Shown here in pieces: positions 1 to 9,996 of a stretch of 64,000 bases of DNA. The DNA is taken from the NCBI GenBank assembly GCA_963708295.1, contig CAVPSJ010000017.1, positions 1 through 64,000 on the forward strand, written 5' to 3'. Source of the stretch: an uncultured delta proteobacterium (GTDB lineage Bacteria; Desulfobacterota; BSN033; UBA1163). The stretch's first letter is position 1. The number at the start of each line of letters is the position of its first letter. The notes under the pieces are model-generated. The model worked only from the letters and a program-made list of their open reading frames with translations, was not told the origin of the DNA and ran no database searches. Position numbers and translations under genes: made by a program.

Positions 1-406
1 AGGATCTCAGATAATGGATTTCATCGTTCCCTTTAATGTGAATGGATTTGGGGCTCATGTGGCTGCCGGGGATCTCGATGGGGATGGACGAGCGGAGATC
101 ATTGTGGGAGCGGGGCCGGATCCGAGGAAGAAGGCAGAGGTGGTGATCGTTTACCATGAGGATGGTGAATATGAATTTAGGAGATTTACCGCCTATCAGG
201 GGTTGCTGTTCGGGGTGAATGTCGGAGCGGTAGATATCGACGGAGATGGGATTTCGGAGATCGTAACGGGGCCCGGGCCTGACCTGAGGAGCAAATCGAA
301 AGTAAGGATCTTCCGGAAAGATGGGACGCTGATCAAAGAGTTCCAGGCCTATCCGGATAATATTAGGTTTGGCGTAAAGGTCTCAACAGGAGGGATTGGG
401 GAGTAG
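1..406 (+). CDS. FG-GAP/VCBS repeat protein, C-terminal part (frame open to window start)
   Basis: Motifs VAAGDLDGDGRAEIIVGAGP and VGAVDIDGDGISEIVTGPGP. Confidence 0.8.
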   Translation, partial: GSQIMDFIVPFNVNGFGAHVAAGDLDGDGRAEIIVGAGPDPRKKAEVVIVYHEDGEYEFRRFTAYQGLLFGVNVGAVDIDGDGISEIVTGPGPDLRSKSKVRIFRKDGTLIKEFQAYPDNIRFGVKVSTGGIGE

Positions 407-539
407 TGAGTTGCTGATCCTCTGCACCCTCAGCGGCTCTGCGGTGAGAATCCTGTTTTGGACAAGCATGAGACAGTATCGAATAAAAAAAATTGGGAAA
501 AGACCAGGAGATAAATGGTCGATTCCCAATTTTTAGAAT

Positions 540-640
540 CCGTTTCACCCTATTTACTGATGAGAGTCAGAACTCGAAAACTTTCACCAAAGTGTCATGA
601 TGGGCTTGGGTTAAGAGGTGACGATTTCCATTTGAAAGAG
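540..640 (+). repeat. Multi-box element, degenerate C-A copy
   Basis: TTCACC at ~583, then GGTGACGATTTCCATTTGAAAG (A box at 623). Confidence 0.45.
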
Positions 641-669
641 AGTAGAACGAACCTATAGGAAAAGTTGTT

Positions 670-1721
670 TTAGCGATAGAGAACGGTGCCTTCGGGAGCC
701 ATTTGACCTTTCGCAAGGTCAGTTCCTCTTCCTCCCTGAGCCCAAGATTTGTAGCGAAGGTAGTTAGATTGGGATTTCCAGACCTGGAGAATAGGCGGTT
801 CCTTAATCAGGTTAAAAAGTTCTCTGGCCTTATGTCTATCTTTCGCCAGGCAAGCAAATAACGCAAAATTGTTGATATTCCACTGATCTGGATATCGCTT
901 GAGGACATCATCAATTCCTTTTTTCATTTTTTCCCATACAACATTAGAATCAATAAAAAGCTTTTCACCATATTGATATTGGGAAGCAGCCCAATAAATC
1001 CGTGCATACATCCCCAGACCTTCCTGTTCCTTTGTTCTTGAAACTGCGGAATTTGCGAATTCTTCAATCTCTTTCTGCGTTTCCATGCCATTTTGGAGCG
1101 AAATAGTTTATTGCTGCAAAATATAATTGGTAGTAGAGAGGCTCTTTTTTTAGCCCTTCGTCGATGATTTTCTGGAATTCAGATCTATCCACGCTTAAAC
1201 CAGTAGCTATAGCTGCCATGACCTCATACCAGTGTGGATCTGCACTTGCTATCTCTCTATGTTTCTCTAAGAAGGCTTTACCATTAATGAGATGTTCATG
1301 AAAAGGTTGCCAAGCTTCTTCAGGTACTGTATTTGCAAAACCACCCCCTCTAAACTTCCATGCATATCGCTTCATTACAATTCCGTGAGATATATAGGGA
1401 GTTGGTGATTGTGGATATTCCTTAATCCATCCTTCGGTCCTGGACTTTATGGAATTCCAATAATTTTCGTCCTTTGCATTTATATTCGCGCCATCATTAA
1501 TCCCGTAATAAAACGTCGTCAGCTTCCATAGCCCGCTCGGTGTTCTGCTTTTGTTCACCCTATATTCTTGAGCAAGTTTTTCAAGCTCCGTAAAATTTCT
1601 GCTGCTCAATAAGAATCCCTGTGTTCCTATCGCTTTCCTTTCTTCAGTTTCTCCAGCAATCAAGGTATTTGAGGCTATTGTTATAAAAAAGGAAAATCAG
1701 CACCAGTATTCTTGTTTTCAT
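670..1721 (-). CDS. DUF4034-like secreted protein, split by frameshifts (ORFs 1064-1663 and 670-1086)
   Basis: AGGAGG RBS and ATG at 1721 with signal-peptide-like start; motifs SGLWKL, YAWKFRGGGFANTV, EPLYYQLY, PKWHG; continues in another frame. Confidence 0.65.
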
Positions 1722-2050
1722 GTCCTCCTCACTCTTATTACTTTTTATTAGGACAACTCAAAATCTTTCGATCTCCTGTCCCCTTGCAGACAAATGCAGC
1801 AAATTTCTTGCCAGAAAACTAAAACTTATAGTCTTTATCCATAACATATTGGAAAACAGATATATTTGAACTCCAGGAAGGGCGAGTATTTAAGATGAAA
1901 GGACTACTACCCATGCTCTTCAGCAGTCCATTTTTGCTCATAAGAGGCTAAGAATTCACCATTTTTTTGATTCTCTCTTTGATTTGATTGGCTTGAAAAT
2001 CGCTAAACCAGCGAGCTTACCATAACGACGAAGAATTTCGGATTTACTGT

Positions 2051-2236
2051 CATATCGATTACCATTTGGAATCGAGTACGCTCTTCCATGTACGATCCGG
2101 CTCTCGATTACAGGAAGTACTAACTGAAATTTCTTTTTCGAGATTTTTGGAGCAGGTTGATACCAAAATTTGGCGAGTGCACCTACTTATCTTCGATAGC
2201 AAGGTAATCTGGAAGTTGATGATTACCAGTTGAAGT
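2051..2236 (+). repeat. Multi-box element, complete long form (A-B-C-A)
   Basis: GATTAC 2057, CAGGAAG 2111, CACCTAC 2180, GATTAC 2221 (spacing 54/69/41). Confidence 0.9.
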
Positions 2237-2240
2237 AAAT

Positions 2241-2270
2241 AAAAAAGGCAGGAACATTACAGATCCTGCC
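2241..2270 (-). terminator. Intrinsic terminator abutting the repeat
   Basis: GGCAGG...CCTGCC stem with T-tract on minus strand, downstream of 2304-2726. Confidence 0.75.
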
Positions 2271-2303
2271 CTTGGTTTTTAACAATTTCATGTGGATTTA
2301 TTT

Positions 2304-2726
2304 TCAAAGTCCATCCATTTCTTTGCGGCGATTTTTCACCTCTTGCTCCAAGACCTTGGCGGATAAAGATCGGGTGATGATGAGACGCAATTCATCAATA
2401 TCGAAAGGTTTGGTCACGTATTCATAGGCTCCAAGCTTCATTGCTTCAACGGCTGTTTTCACCGTTTTTGTGGCCGTAATCATAATCACAACCATTTTCG
2501 GGTCATTCTGCTTGATTCTTTCCAAAACTTTTAAACCATCCAGGTCGGGTAAAATGATATCGAGAAGGATAACGTCTGGAGAGTGCTCTTTGATTTTGGA
2601 AAATGCCTCTTCGGCGTTTCTGGCTAAAAACACCTCATAATCATTCTTTAAAATCATCTTGAGAGATTCTCTGGCTCCAATTTCATCATCAACGATTAAT
2701 ACACTTCTCATTTTTCCTACCAACAT
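2304..2726 (-). CDS. Response regulator receiver domain (NtrC-like N-terminus only)
   Basis: VLIVDDE, DVILLDIILPD, MITA, AMKLGAYEYVTKPF. Confidence 0.85.
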   Translation of the reverse strand: MLVGKMRSVLIVDDEIGARESLKMILKNDYEVFLARNAEEAFSKIKEHSPDVILLDIILPDLDGLKVLERIKQNDPKMVVIMITATKTVKTAVEAMKLGAYEYVTKPFDIDELRLIITRSLSAKVLEQEVKNRRKEMDGL

Positions 2727-2827
2727 AACAAACCAAACAAAAAAAACCCCATTCCTTTTTCAGAAATTGGGTCTAAATTGAATCCTTACCCATGTTAGGG
2801 GAGGTGTAGTGTCCATGGTTTTCCTCT

Positions 2828-2900
2828 CTAAAGTGAAGTTTGAAAAACACACTTTCAGGAAAGAAGCCTTGAAAAGGGGGATTACTTGCTACACCTGCCC
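2828..2900 (+). repeat. Multi-box element, B-C short form
   Basis: TTTCAGGAAAGAAGCCTTGAAAAGGGGGATTACTTGCTACACCTGC closely matches 37275-37320. Confidence 0.65.
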
Positions 2901-2927
2901 GTCAGTAGCCTGAGGTGTGCTTGGCAA

Positions 2928-3134
2928 TTAATCATTTCTGGTGGGAATATTCGTATCTTTTCCTACCTCAATTTTAATGAGCCCAAATCCCCCGCATTTT
3001 TGGCAACATTTACGTTTTGGATTTATTGAAAATCCTTTGCCGTCACACAAGGGACATAATACCATACCGATTTTTTCCGGATCAAAAGTTTTATTCAAAT
3101 TAATTTTCCCCCGTTTTTCTAAGAGTTGCCTCAT
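2928..3134 (-). CDS. Small Cys-rich zinc-finger protein (CxxCxGxG type)
   Basis: CPLCDGKG and CQKCGGFG motifs. Confidence 0.55.
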   Translation of the reverse strand: MRQLLEKRGKINLNKTFDPEKIGMVLCPLCDGKGFSINPKRKCCQKCGGFGLIKIEVGKDTNIPTRND

Positions 3135-3227
3135 TGATTAGTTTTATTTAACCCCTAAAGGTTCTCTCCCTTCCTTCAAAAAATCCTTTTTGGATAGTCG
3201 ATTGAAATCGTTTTACGAAGTGTTTTT

Positions 3228-3539
3228 TTAATTCAATAAAGAAGAAATCACTTGATCTGATTGTCCCCAGCCATTTTTCTTATCTATTTTTCCCCATGCC
3301 ATTCCCTCACACCGAATTATATTTTCAATCGTAAGTCCCCAAACATCTCCAATCTCCTGTGCACTCCACGGTTCATTGATCAAACAACAACAGTTTCCTA
3401 TCTCAAGGGCCCTATCCGTGATTTTGAAGTTCTCTGGATTAAGGTTTAACCCTTCCCAGAAAAGGTTGTGGGGACATTGATACTTAATACAAGGCATAGG
3501 AACAAGCCGTCGTGTGCACATCTCTTTACCCTCCTCCAC
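3228..3539 (-). CDS. Cys-rich protein with sigma70 region-4-like HTH
   Basis: PCIKYQCPHNL and CCC followed by WSAQEIGDVWGLTIENIIRCE. Confidence 0.5.
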   Translation of the reverse strand: MEEGKEMCTRRLVPMPCIKYQCPHNLFWEGLNLNPENFKITDRALEIGNCCCLINEPWSAQEIGDVWGLTIENIIRCEGMAWGKIDKKNGWGQSDQVISSLLN

Positions 3540-3590
3540 AGGAATTCTTAAATCGTTACACTTAAGCTGAAGAAAACGAGCAGCAATAAG

Positions 3591-3880
3591 TTTACTTACT
3601 TATGGCTTCTTAGGGTCTTTCTCTGTCTTGATTACTCTTTGTTCATAAGGTTCAGACATAAGCCGCTTCCAATCATCAAGTGGTCTTTCACCTTTGCCAC
3701 CCTCAGGATGCCATTCCTTAATCCGTCTTGGCTTAGATTTACTGTTTGTCATAATTGCCATTTGTCTTTGCCTCCTTTTGAGGCTTAACATACTTCGTCA
3801 GTTTGTACCAGACCCTATTAGGCCCTGCCCCTTTATCTGAGACCTCAAACTCAGCGTGTATCTTTTCAATGGTCATTCAC
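3591..3880. repeat. ~290 bp module duplicated at 43813-44102
   Basis: Near-identical by direct comparison. Confidence 0.9.
3600..3761 (-). CDS. Small hypothetical protein (53 aa), duplicated at 43822-43983
   Basis: AGGAGG RBS before ATG at 3761; second near-identical copy keeps the frame. Confidence 0.5.
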   Translation of the reverse strand: MAIMTNSKSKPRRIKEWHPEGGKGERPLDDWKRLMSEPYEQRVIKTEKDPKKP

Positions 3881-4011
3881 TTCTTTTAACCCAGGACACA
3901 AAATGGAAAAGGAACGGAAGGAAACAAGTAAGAAAAGCTGAGGGGAAGAAAGTAAAAGAATTGGCGCACAAATCCGCTACATTGAATAATGCTTCATTCC
4001 CATTCTCGGCA

Positions 4012-4155
4012 TCAACCCTTTTGCCTGATTCGATTCTCTAAAATAACCTGATCGACAATCTCTCCGCAGAAAATGCATCTCCATCCAAAAAACTCTTCAA
4101 GCGGATTGTAAAAATTCTCATAAGCCATAAGACCACCGCATCGATTGCATTTCAT
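4012..4155 (-). CDS. 47-aa zinc-ribbon protein (absent from ORF track)
   Basis: AAGGAGG RBS; MKCNRCGGLMAYENF...WRCIFCGEIVDQVILENR with two CxxC. Confidence 0.75.
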   Translation of the reverse strand: MKCNRCGGLMAYENFYNPLEEFFGWRCIFCGEIVDQVILENRIRQKG

Positions 4156-4477
4156 GGTATCCTCCTTACGTCTTCATCTCTTCGACGATTTTAGCCTACT
4201 ATAAAGTTCCTGTTGTTTCGGGCTGATCTTTATTTTCTTTGGTTCCTCTGCTCTTCTCTGTGCCAGGACTTTATTCCTCTCAAATCACTTCAAAACTAAG
4301 ATAATCATGGACTGAAAATATATCAACCAACATTCATGATTGGAATTACAAATAAACATAGTCAGCTATTATATCAATATGTTAGAAGGGGGATTACTTA
4401 GATGTTTAGAGGAGATCGGGTGATTGCCCCAAAAGAGGACACACACTAAAGGCTAAGGTTAGGGTAGGCTTTTTTAT

Positions 4478-4635
4478 TATCCTGGAAAATATCTAATCTG
4501 ATACCTGCCTTAAAAATACCCAAGGCTGAGGGTTTCACCACAAGTCTACAGCCTAAGATAACGCTGGAAGTCAACGGTTACTGGTAGAAACACTGAATAG
4601 CGTGAATCGAATATAGCACCAGTTACCAGGGGGAG
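4478..4635 (+). repeat. Multi-box element, degenerate B-C-A-B
   Basis: CACCAC 4536, GGTTACTGGTAGAAAC 4576, CAGG 4627 (spacing 40/51). Confidence 0.45.
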
Positions 4636-4689
4636 TCAAAAGCCTCTCTTCTGCTCAAAAAGGTCGTATTTCAAATTGCTTGTCTGCAT

Positions 4690-5001
4690 TTACAGCAGGG
4701 CTGGACTGAATACATCATAGATTAACAATTCCTCGGTCACGTCAAAAATTTTATGTTTCGTCCCTTTTGGAACGCGGACAACGATGCCAGGTTCTAATGA
4801 AAATTTTTCAGCCCCATCCACCCACATGGCAGCTTTCCCAGCCAGCGGATAAAGAATATCGTCTTGGTTTGGATGAATATGTTCGGCTACTTCTTTCCCC
4901 GCTGGGATTTTGACTAGCCTGCAGGTCACGCCCAAACCGTGCTCTTTCTCAGAAATAAAGGGTTTGATTTGTACCCCTCCGCGGTGGGGCGAGAGACCCA
5001 A
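4690..5001 (-). CDS. Cupin domain protein
   Basis: HIHPNQDDILYPLAG and VPKGTKH motifs. Confidence 0.8.
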   Translation of the reverse strand: MGLSPHRGGVQIKPFISEKEHGLGVTCRLVKIPAGKEVAEHIHPNQDDILYPLAGKAAMWVDGAEKFSLEPGIVVRVPKGTKHKIFDVTEELLIYDVFSPALL

Positions 5002-5143
5002 GGAATTTTTTCCATTAAATGATAAGCTCCCAAGATAACCTCCTCGCGTAATTTATTAGCAAGGAAACCGCAACTAAACGGGCTTGAAGTACCCGACTAA
5101 CTGATAACCTTTTATTGGATCATGCAGTAGAGTTCGTAACCTA

Positions 5144-5293
5144 TCACGTTTTATTTCCCTCATATGTTCCTCTTCCAAAGATGAGGATAACTTTCTCAAA
5201 AACACTTGCTACCCTGTAAGCACGCTCCTTTCCGATTCTCCTTTTGAGCCAGTAATAAACGGACAAGTTTTTGTTAATCAAGAAACCCCTCAT
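5144..5293 (-). CDS. 49-aa basic small protein MRGFLINKNLSVYYWLKRR...
   Basis: GGAGG RBS; homologous ORF at 44895-45038 and decayed copy at ~28150-28260. Confidence 0.6.
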   Translation of the reverse strand: MRGFLINKNLSVYYWLKRRIGKERAYRVASVFEKVILIFGRGTYEGNKT

Positions 5294-5593
5294 TCACACC
5301 TCCATTTATACTTTTTTGAAAATAGCTCCTTCTATACCACAATGTGGCATTTCCGTCAAGGAAAACATCTATCCTATCACTTAAGATTCAAAAGTGCATA
5401 GGTTTTGGTGGATTTAAAGCTGAAAAGTGCATAGCCTGATTTATGGTAAAAGAACCTTCCCCGGAGCTGCTATCTTTTAAAGACTGAAACGGGAGATGGG
5501 CTTAATCTGAAGAGAAGCACGTTACTCCCTTTTAACACTTTATCATCGGGCCGAATCTTCTGGAAATACCACTTTTCGTTGTTATCAACCCAA

Positions 5594-6890
5594 TCAAGAG
5601 ATGCATCGATGTATTTCAGTGTGCTTTTCCAGCAATATTAAGTAACAGGAAAAGCAGGCCCGCCTGAGGTTTATAGGATAAACTCTTAAAAGAGATGGAA
5701 TATGCCGAAGGATCGAAGAGAAGGGGATTGAAACTCGCTTTGGACATAATGGTGTCCCTCGGCAAGCTCCTGGGGAGTCATGTTCTTGGGTTGAAATACG
5801 ACAGTATGGTGGTCGTGATGGCTCCAATCGTGAGATATGATTCGTCCCTGATTTTTAAAACACTGGTATAGTTGTGTCCCGGGATAGGGCGTCAGAACAT
5901 GTAAAGCCATCGTTGGAAGTTTATTTCTCGCCAAAAACTCCAGGGTATCATCAAAAATGGCTTTCGTCTCCGTATCAAATCCCAAAATAATGGAGGGGTG
6001 AAAGGCGATACCATTATCTTGGATAATTTTGATAGCCTTCTCAGTTTCTTCTATAGATTAAGCGTTTTTTTCATCCCCATCAGGCTTGAAGGTGATCTAG
6101 ACTCAAGCCCAAAGAATAAAGCCGCACAGCCGGAGGAGCGACATAATTTCAACATGTCTTTGTCTCTCGCCAAGGATATGGAACTTTGTCCTATCCATCT
6201 GATGCCCAGGGGTGTTGAAGCTTCAAATAATTCTTTGGAATATTCCGGGTGTCCAGCAACATTATCGTCTAAGATCAAAACGTCTTTGAACCGGATTGCT
6301 TGTATCCTCAACGACCGTGGAAACCGGTTGTGCCTAATTTTCCCCCCGTCGAGATCCGTCACCGAACAGAATTCACGGCGTACGGACACCCTCTGGTCGT
6401 CAACAAACCTAAACAGTTGAATAGCGCCGTGTCAATGTGAAGATTTCGCCTTGGGGAAGGATACTTTGAAAGATCAGGTTCTGGTACATGGTAGAATTTC
6501 TCGAGGCTTTCCCTTTCTAAAATCGTTGATGATATCTGCCCAACAGCCTTCTGCCTCTCCGATGACAACTGCATCGGCGTGCTGGATGGCTTCTTGTGGC
6601 AGGATAGTAGGATGAATTCCACCGAGAACGACTTTCGCCCCTCTTTGTCTAAATAGATCAGATAATTGATAGCTTCTATTTGCCGTTGCAGTCATGCAAG
6701 AAATTCCAACCAGGTCGAAGTCCAAAGAAAAATCTATCTCTCTGATTTCTTCATCTACAACAGTAATATCAACATCATTCGGCGTCAGTGAGGCCAGAAT
6801 GTGTAGACCTAATTGAGGTATTTTAAGAGCTTTTGGCACCTTTGCCAATTTACCAAACTTATGAGAAGGTGAAACCAATAAGAGTTTCAT
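5594..6890 (-). CDS. B12-binding radical SAM protein, multiply frameshifted
   Basis: PQLGLHILASLTP, VVLGGIHPT, IGEAE, TTRGCPY-C-EFC and LTPYPGT across ORFs 6474-7049, 6359-6622, 6051-6389, 5686-5985. Confidence 0.75.
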
Positions 6891-7089
6891 TACTACGCCC
6901 TCGTTTCTTACAAAAATATTTAAGGGTGGTATCCCATCTAACGAAACCTCGGGATTAATCTTCCCCTGTGAAGATTCTGGATGCCCTTCCTTATTGATGC
7001 AGAAAGTGAGGCGAATGTACCAAGAATGGAATTGTATGTCAAGCCGCATAAAAAACCGGCATAAAAAATCGCAAGAGAGGGAGCGGTTT

Positions 7090-7180
7090 TTAGACCAGTA
7101 TCACAGATAACGATTAGCAAATGAAATCTTGCATCATGGTCGAAGTCTGTCAGCCAACGATTACAGGAAGTACTAAATAA
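7090..7180 (+). repeat. Multi-box element, A-B half
   Basis: A 7112, B 7164; spacer nearly identical to copies at 11524 and 39885. Confidence 0.8.
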
Positions 7181-7269
7181 TCTATTATGAGTTTTAGATT
7201 TTAGTATGAGCAAAATATAAACTTTACGAGACGATTCGAATATGATGGGCCTTTGTCTGTACCTCGTGC

Positions 7270-7470
7270 CCTCACCCGGCTGTCACGGTTTGGGATGGAG
7301 GAGCCGAGATCACTGTTGGAGCTGGGCTGGATCGCAGGAAGAAAGCAGAGATGGTGATCCTTTATCAAGAGGATCTTCCGGAAAGATGGGGCGCTGATCA
7401 AAGAGTTCCAGGCCTGTCCGGATAATATAGGGTTTGGCGTAAAGGTCTGAACAGGGAAAATGGGGAGGTT
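7270..7470 (+). pseudogene. Internally deleted, decayed copy of the 3' end of the FG-GAP gene (1-406)
   Basis: Matches ~55-162 joined at AGGAT to ~305-403. Confidence 0.75.
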
Positions 7471-7525
7471 AGAAGAAATAGAATGTGATGGGGCGGGTGT
7501 CAAATCTGCAAAAGAAGAACGCACA

Positions 7526-7906
7526 CTAGAACCCAAAATTGAGACCTACTCCAAGCCTGCTGTAGCGCAAATCAGACCCGGGGGCCTTGAAAATCGGGAG
7601 CGGCGGTGTCCCCGGCTCTTTTTCTCCGGGTGAAGATTGACCTCTGCCGACTGAACTCAATCTTAAATCAAGAGAGAGTGACCCGGAGAGGGGAATGATT
7701 AGATCGGTACCACCGCGGACATTCTCGGGATTGTGGCTCAAATGGCTATGGGGGGGGAAATCCTTTGCGCTAATAGAAAAGGTCATCCCGCCGTCGCCGG
7801 CGTTCGCCACTGAGCATACCGACATGGCTGCAATCATTAATCCGACGATGAAGAACTCCTTCTTCAGTGTCGTTGATAAATTCTTCGTAGTGACCATATT
7901 AAACAA
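7526..7906 (-). CDS. Secreted hypothetical protein
   Basis: Signal-peptide-like N-terminus; C-terminal LGVGLNFGF. Confidence 0.5.
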   Translation of the reverse strand: MFNMVTTKNLSTTLKKEFFIVGLMIAAMSVCSVANAGDGGMTFSISAKDFPPHSHLSHNPENVRGGTDLIIPLSGSLSLDLRLSSVGRGQSSPGEKEPGTPPLPIFKAPGSDLRYSRLGVGLNFGF

Positions 7907-8119
7907 TAAGACATGAAATAAACATTGTCAAGAATACTCGCTCAAACCATATCAGTAGATTCAGGGGGCGTGCCCACCAGGACCATGTCCTGATCTAACG
8001 TAACCATAAGAGTCAACATGTCAAATAAAGAATCGAGTTAGCAATGTAAACCGACCCATACTTTCTCTAAGTCCTCACGACCTAACCCCACTCCTTAAAA
8101 CATTCGAGACAATCGCTGC

Positions 8120-8233
8120 CTAGCAACAAGAAGGATAATCAGAGCAGCAAAGATCATAGCAACAGCAATCATAGGTAGCAGAAGCTTTTGTTTTCGCTTT
8201 CTTCGCATCTAATTTTTTGTCTTTTTTGTTCAT
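8120..8233 (-). CDS. 37-aa peptide with Lys-rich N-terminus and Cys-rich tail (absent from ORF track)
   Basis: AGGAGG 8 nt upstream; MNKKDKKLDAKKAKTKASATYDCCCYDLCCSDYPSCC. Confidence 0.55.
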   Translation of the reverse strand: MNKKDKKLDAKKAKTKASATYDCCCYDLCCSDYPSCC

Positions 8234-8399
8234 CCTTAACACCTCCTATCTGTTTACAATTTAATCACTAAACTTAACAATTCAAGGTCAAAGAAAGAAA
8301 TTCATAGAATTACTTAACTTTCCCTCCACTCATTTTAGAATGGTCTCGGATACAAGTTTTCCCAATCCCAGAGAAACCTTCCCTTATGGTTATGGGTAG

Positions 8400-8585
8400 T
8401 AGAAGGATACCGTTGAAGACAATTATGGCCAACGGGGTTGAGGACAACGACAACTTTTCAATCAGGGGGACAGTCTTTGAGGGCTATCGGCGCCGAGGAG
8501 GGGGCCATATCCAAGGATCGAGGATTACAGATTGAAAACAGGCGCGACGAAAAGCTCAGCCGATTTCAAAAATGATTGGAAGGAT
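8400..8585 (+). repeat. Multi-box element, degenerate
   Basis: GATTACAGATTGAAAA at 8523 with TTGGAAG 53 bp later; weaker A-B pair at ~8405-8465. Confidence 0.35.
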
Positions 8586-8992
8586 GCCATTCTTTTTAAG
8601 GCAATTCTAATCTGCGCACTCATTCGTTTTTAAGAATCTCGTTTCTGATAGGGCCATTTCCAGCGCCGATTCAGCCATGACCAGGTGGCTGGGGTACCGT
8701 CGGACTGAAATGACGATTCTTTTCCCCCATTGGCACCCCCTATCCAATGATGCAAATTCTCAGGTGCGTCCATCAAATCGGAAGGTCAAGCTGGAACTGA
8801 GGATAACGATGAGTTCTGCTGCCGCGCATCTGACCCTACCGCAAATAACACATTTGATCCGGCGTCAGCAGAGAACAAAGATCTTCTTACGTTTTATGCC
8901 TTGCAACCCGCGGTTGTCCTCAGCAGCCCAACCTCAAGGGCGGACCCGAATCCAATGATGTTAAGGGCGAATTACGGAATGTGAAAACCGCT

Positions 8993-9916
8993 TCATCCGT
9001 CGGTCGACGTGGCGATTTTGTCGCCGGGTTTTGGCTGAGTTTTCCAGCGGAGATGAATCCAGATCCACTGGTCAGGATGGCGGCGGACTTCCTGCTCAAT
9101 GATCGTGGTATACTGCTGCGTGGCGCGGCGGAGGTCGTCCTCCCCACGGCCGGCCGGTGGCTCGATGGCGGGTAACACGCGCAGATGATGTCGGCCATCG
9201 GACGTGCGGTGGATAAACACAGGAACCACCGGCGCCTGCGTGACCGCGGAGATGAACGCCAGACCCGGCGTAGTGCAGGCGGGCCAACCGAAGAAGGTAA
9301 CAAAGACGCCCTGGTCGTGCGGCCGATTCTGATCCAGAATGAATCCGAGCAACCCGCCGCCTTTCAGCGCCTTGAAACAGCCGCGCATGGAGTCATGGGA
9401 AAGCACGATTTTGACACCATAGCGCTCGCGGAGACGCATCCACAGGCGGTTGACCGCAGGGTTTTTGATTTTCTTGGAGATGATGGTGAGCGGATAGCCG
9501 CGCTGGGCGGTGAATATGGCAAGCAGGTCAAAATTGCCGAGGTGCGCGGTAAGCATGAGAGCGCCCTTGCCGCGCCGGAGCACACCTTGGACGATCTCCT
9601 CGCCCTCGATGGTGATGAGTTGGCAGAGGTCATCACCAGCGCCGCCGGCTAGGCGCAGAACTTCGACATAGTTGATGGCGAAGTTGCGGTACATGGCGTC
9701 GAGAATCCGCTGTCGTTCATTTTCAGAGCGTTCCGGCAAACTGCGGCGGAGCGCGGCCAGCGCTTCCGAGCGACGGTAGCGGATGACAGAGCCATAAATC
9801 CAGCCCAGCCCTCGGGCCAGGCGCAGCGCGGCCGGATGGGATAGACGCCCGAGGCCGCCGGTGATAGCATCGAGGATCAAGGACAGGATGAGGCTCATGT
9901 CTGTTTTCTTATTCAA
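8993..9916 (-). CDS. Lipid A biosynthesis (LpxL/HtrB-like) acyltransferase
   Basis: TAHLGNFD, GFILDQ, FFG, PDQWIWIHLRWK; GC-rich. Confidence 0.85.
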   Translation of the reverse strand: MNKKTDMSLILSLILDAITGGLGRLSHPAALRLARGLGWIYGSVIRYRRSEALAALRRSLPERSENERQRILDAMYRNFAINYVEVLRLAGGAGDDLCQLITIEGEEIVQGVLRRGKGALMLTAHLGNFDLLAIFTAQRGYPLTIISKKIKNPAVNRLWMRLRERYGVKIVLSHDSMRGCFKALKGGGLLGFILDQNRPHDQGVFVTFFGWPACTTPGLAFISAVTQAPVVPVFIHRTSDGRHHLRVLPAIEPPAGRGEDDLRRATQQYTTIIEQEVRRHPDQWIWIHLRWKTQPKPGDKIATSTDG

Positions 9917-9996
9917 AGGCTCAAAGAATTAACTAATTACTGAGTGAAACATCCATCATGTCCTTGAGATACCCAAATATCTGAAAGAAGCCGGGT

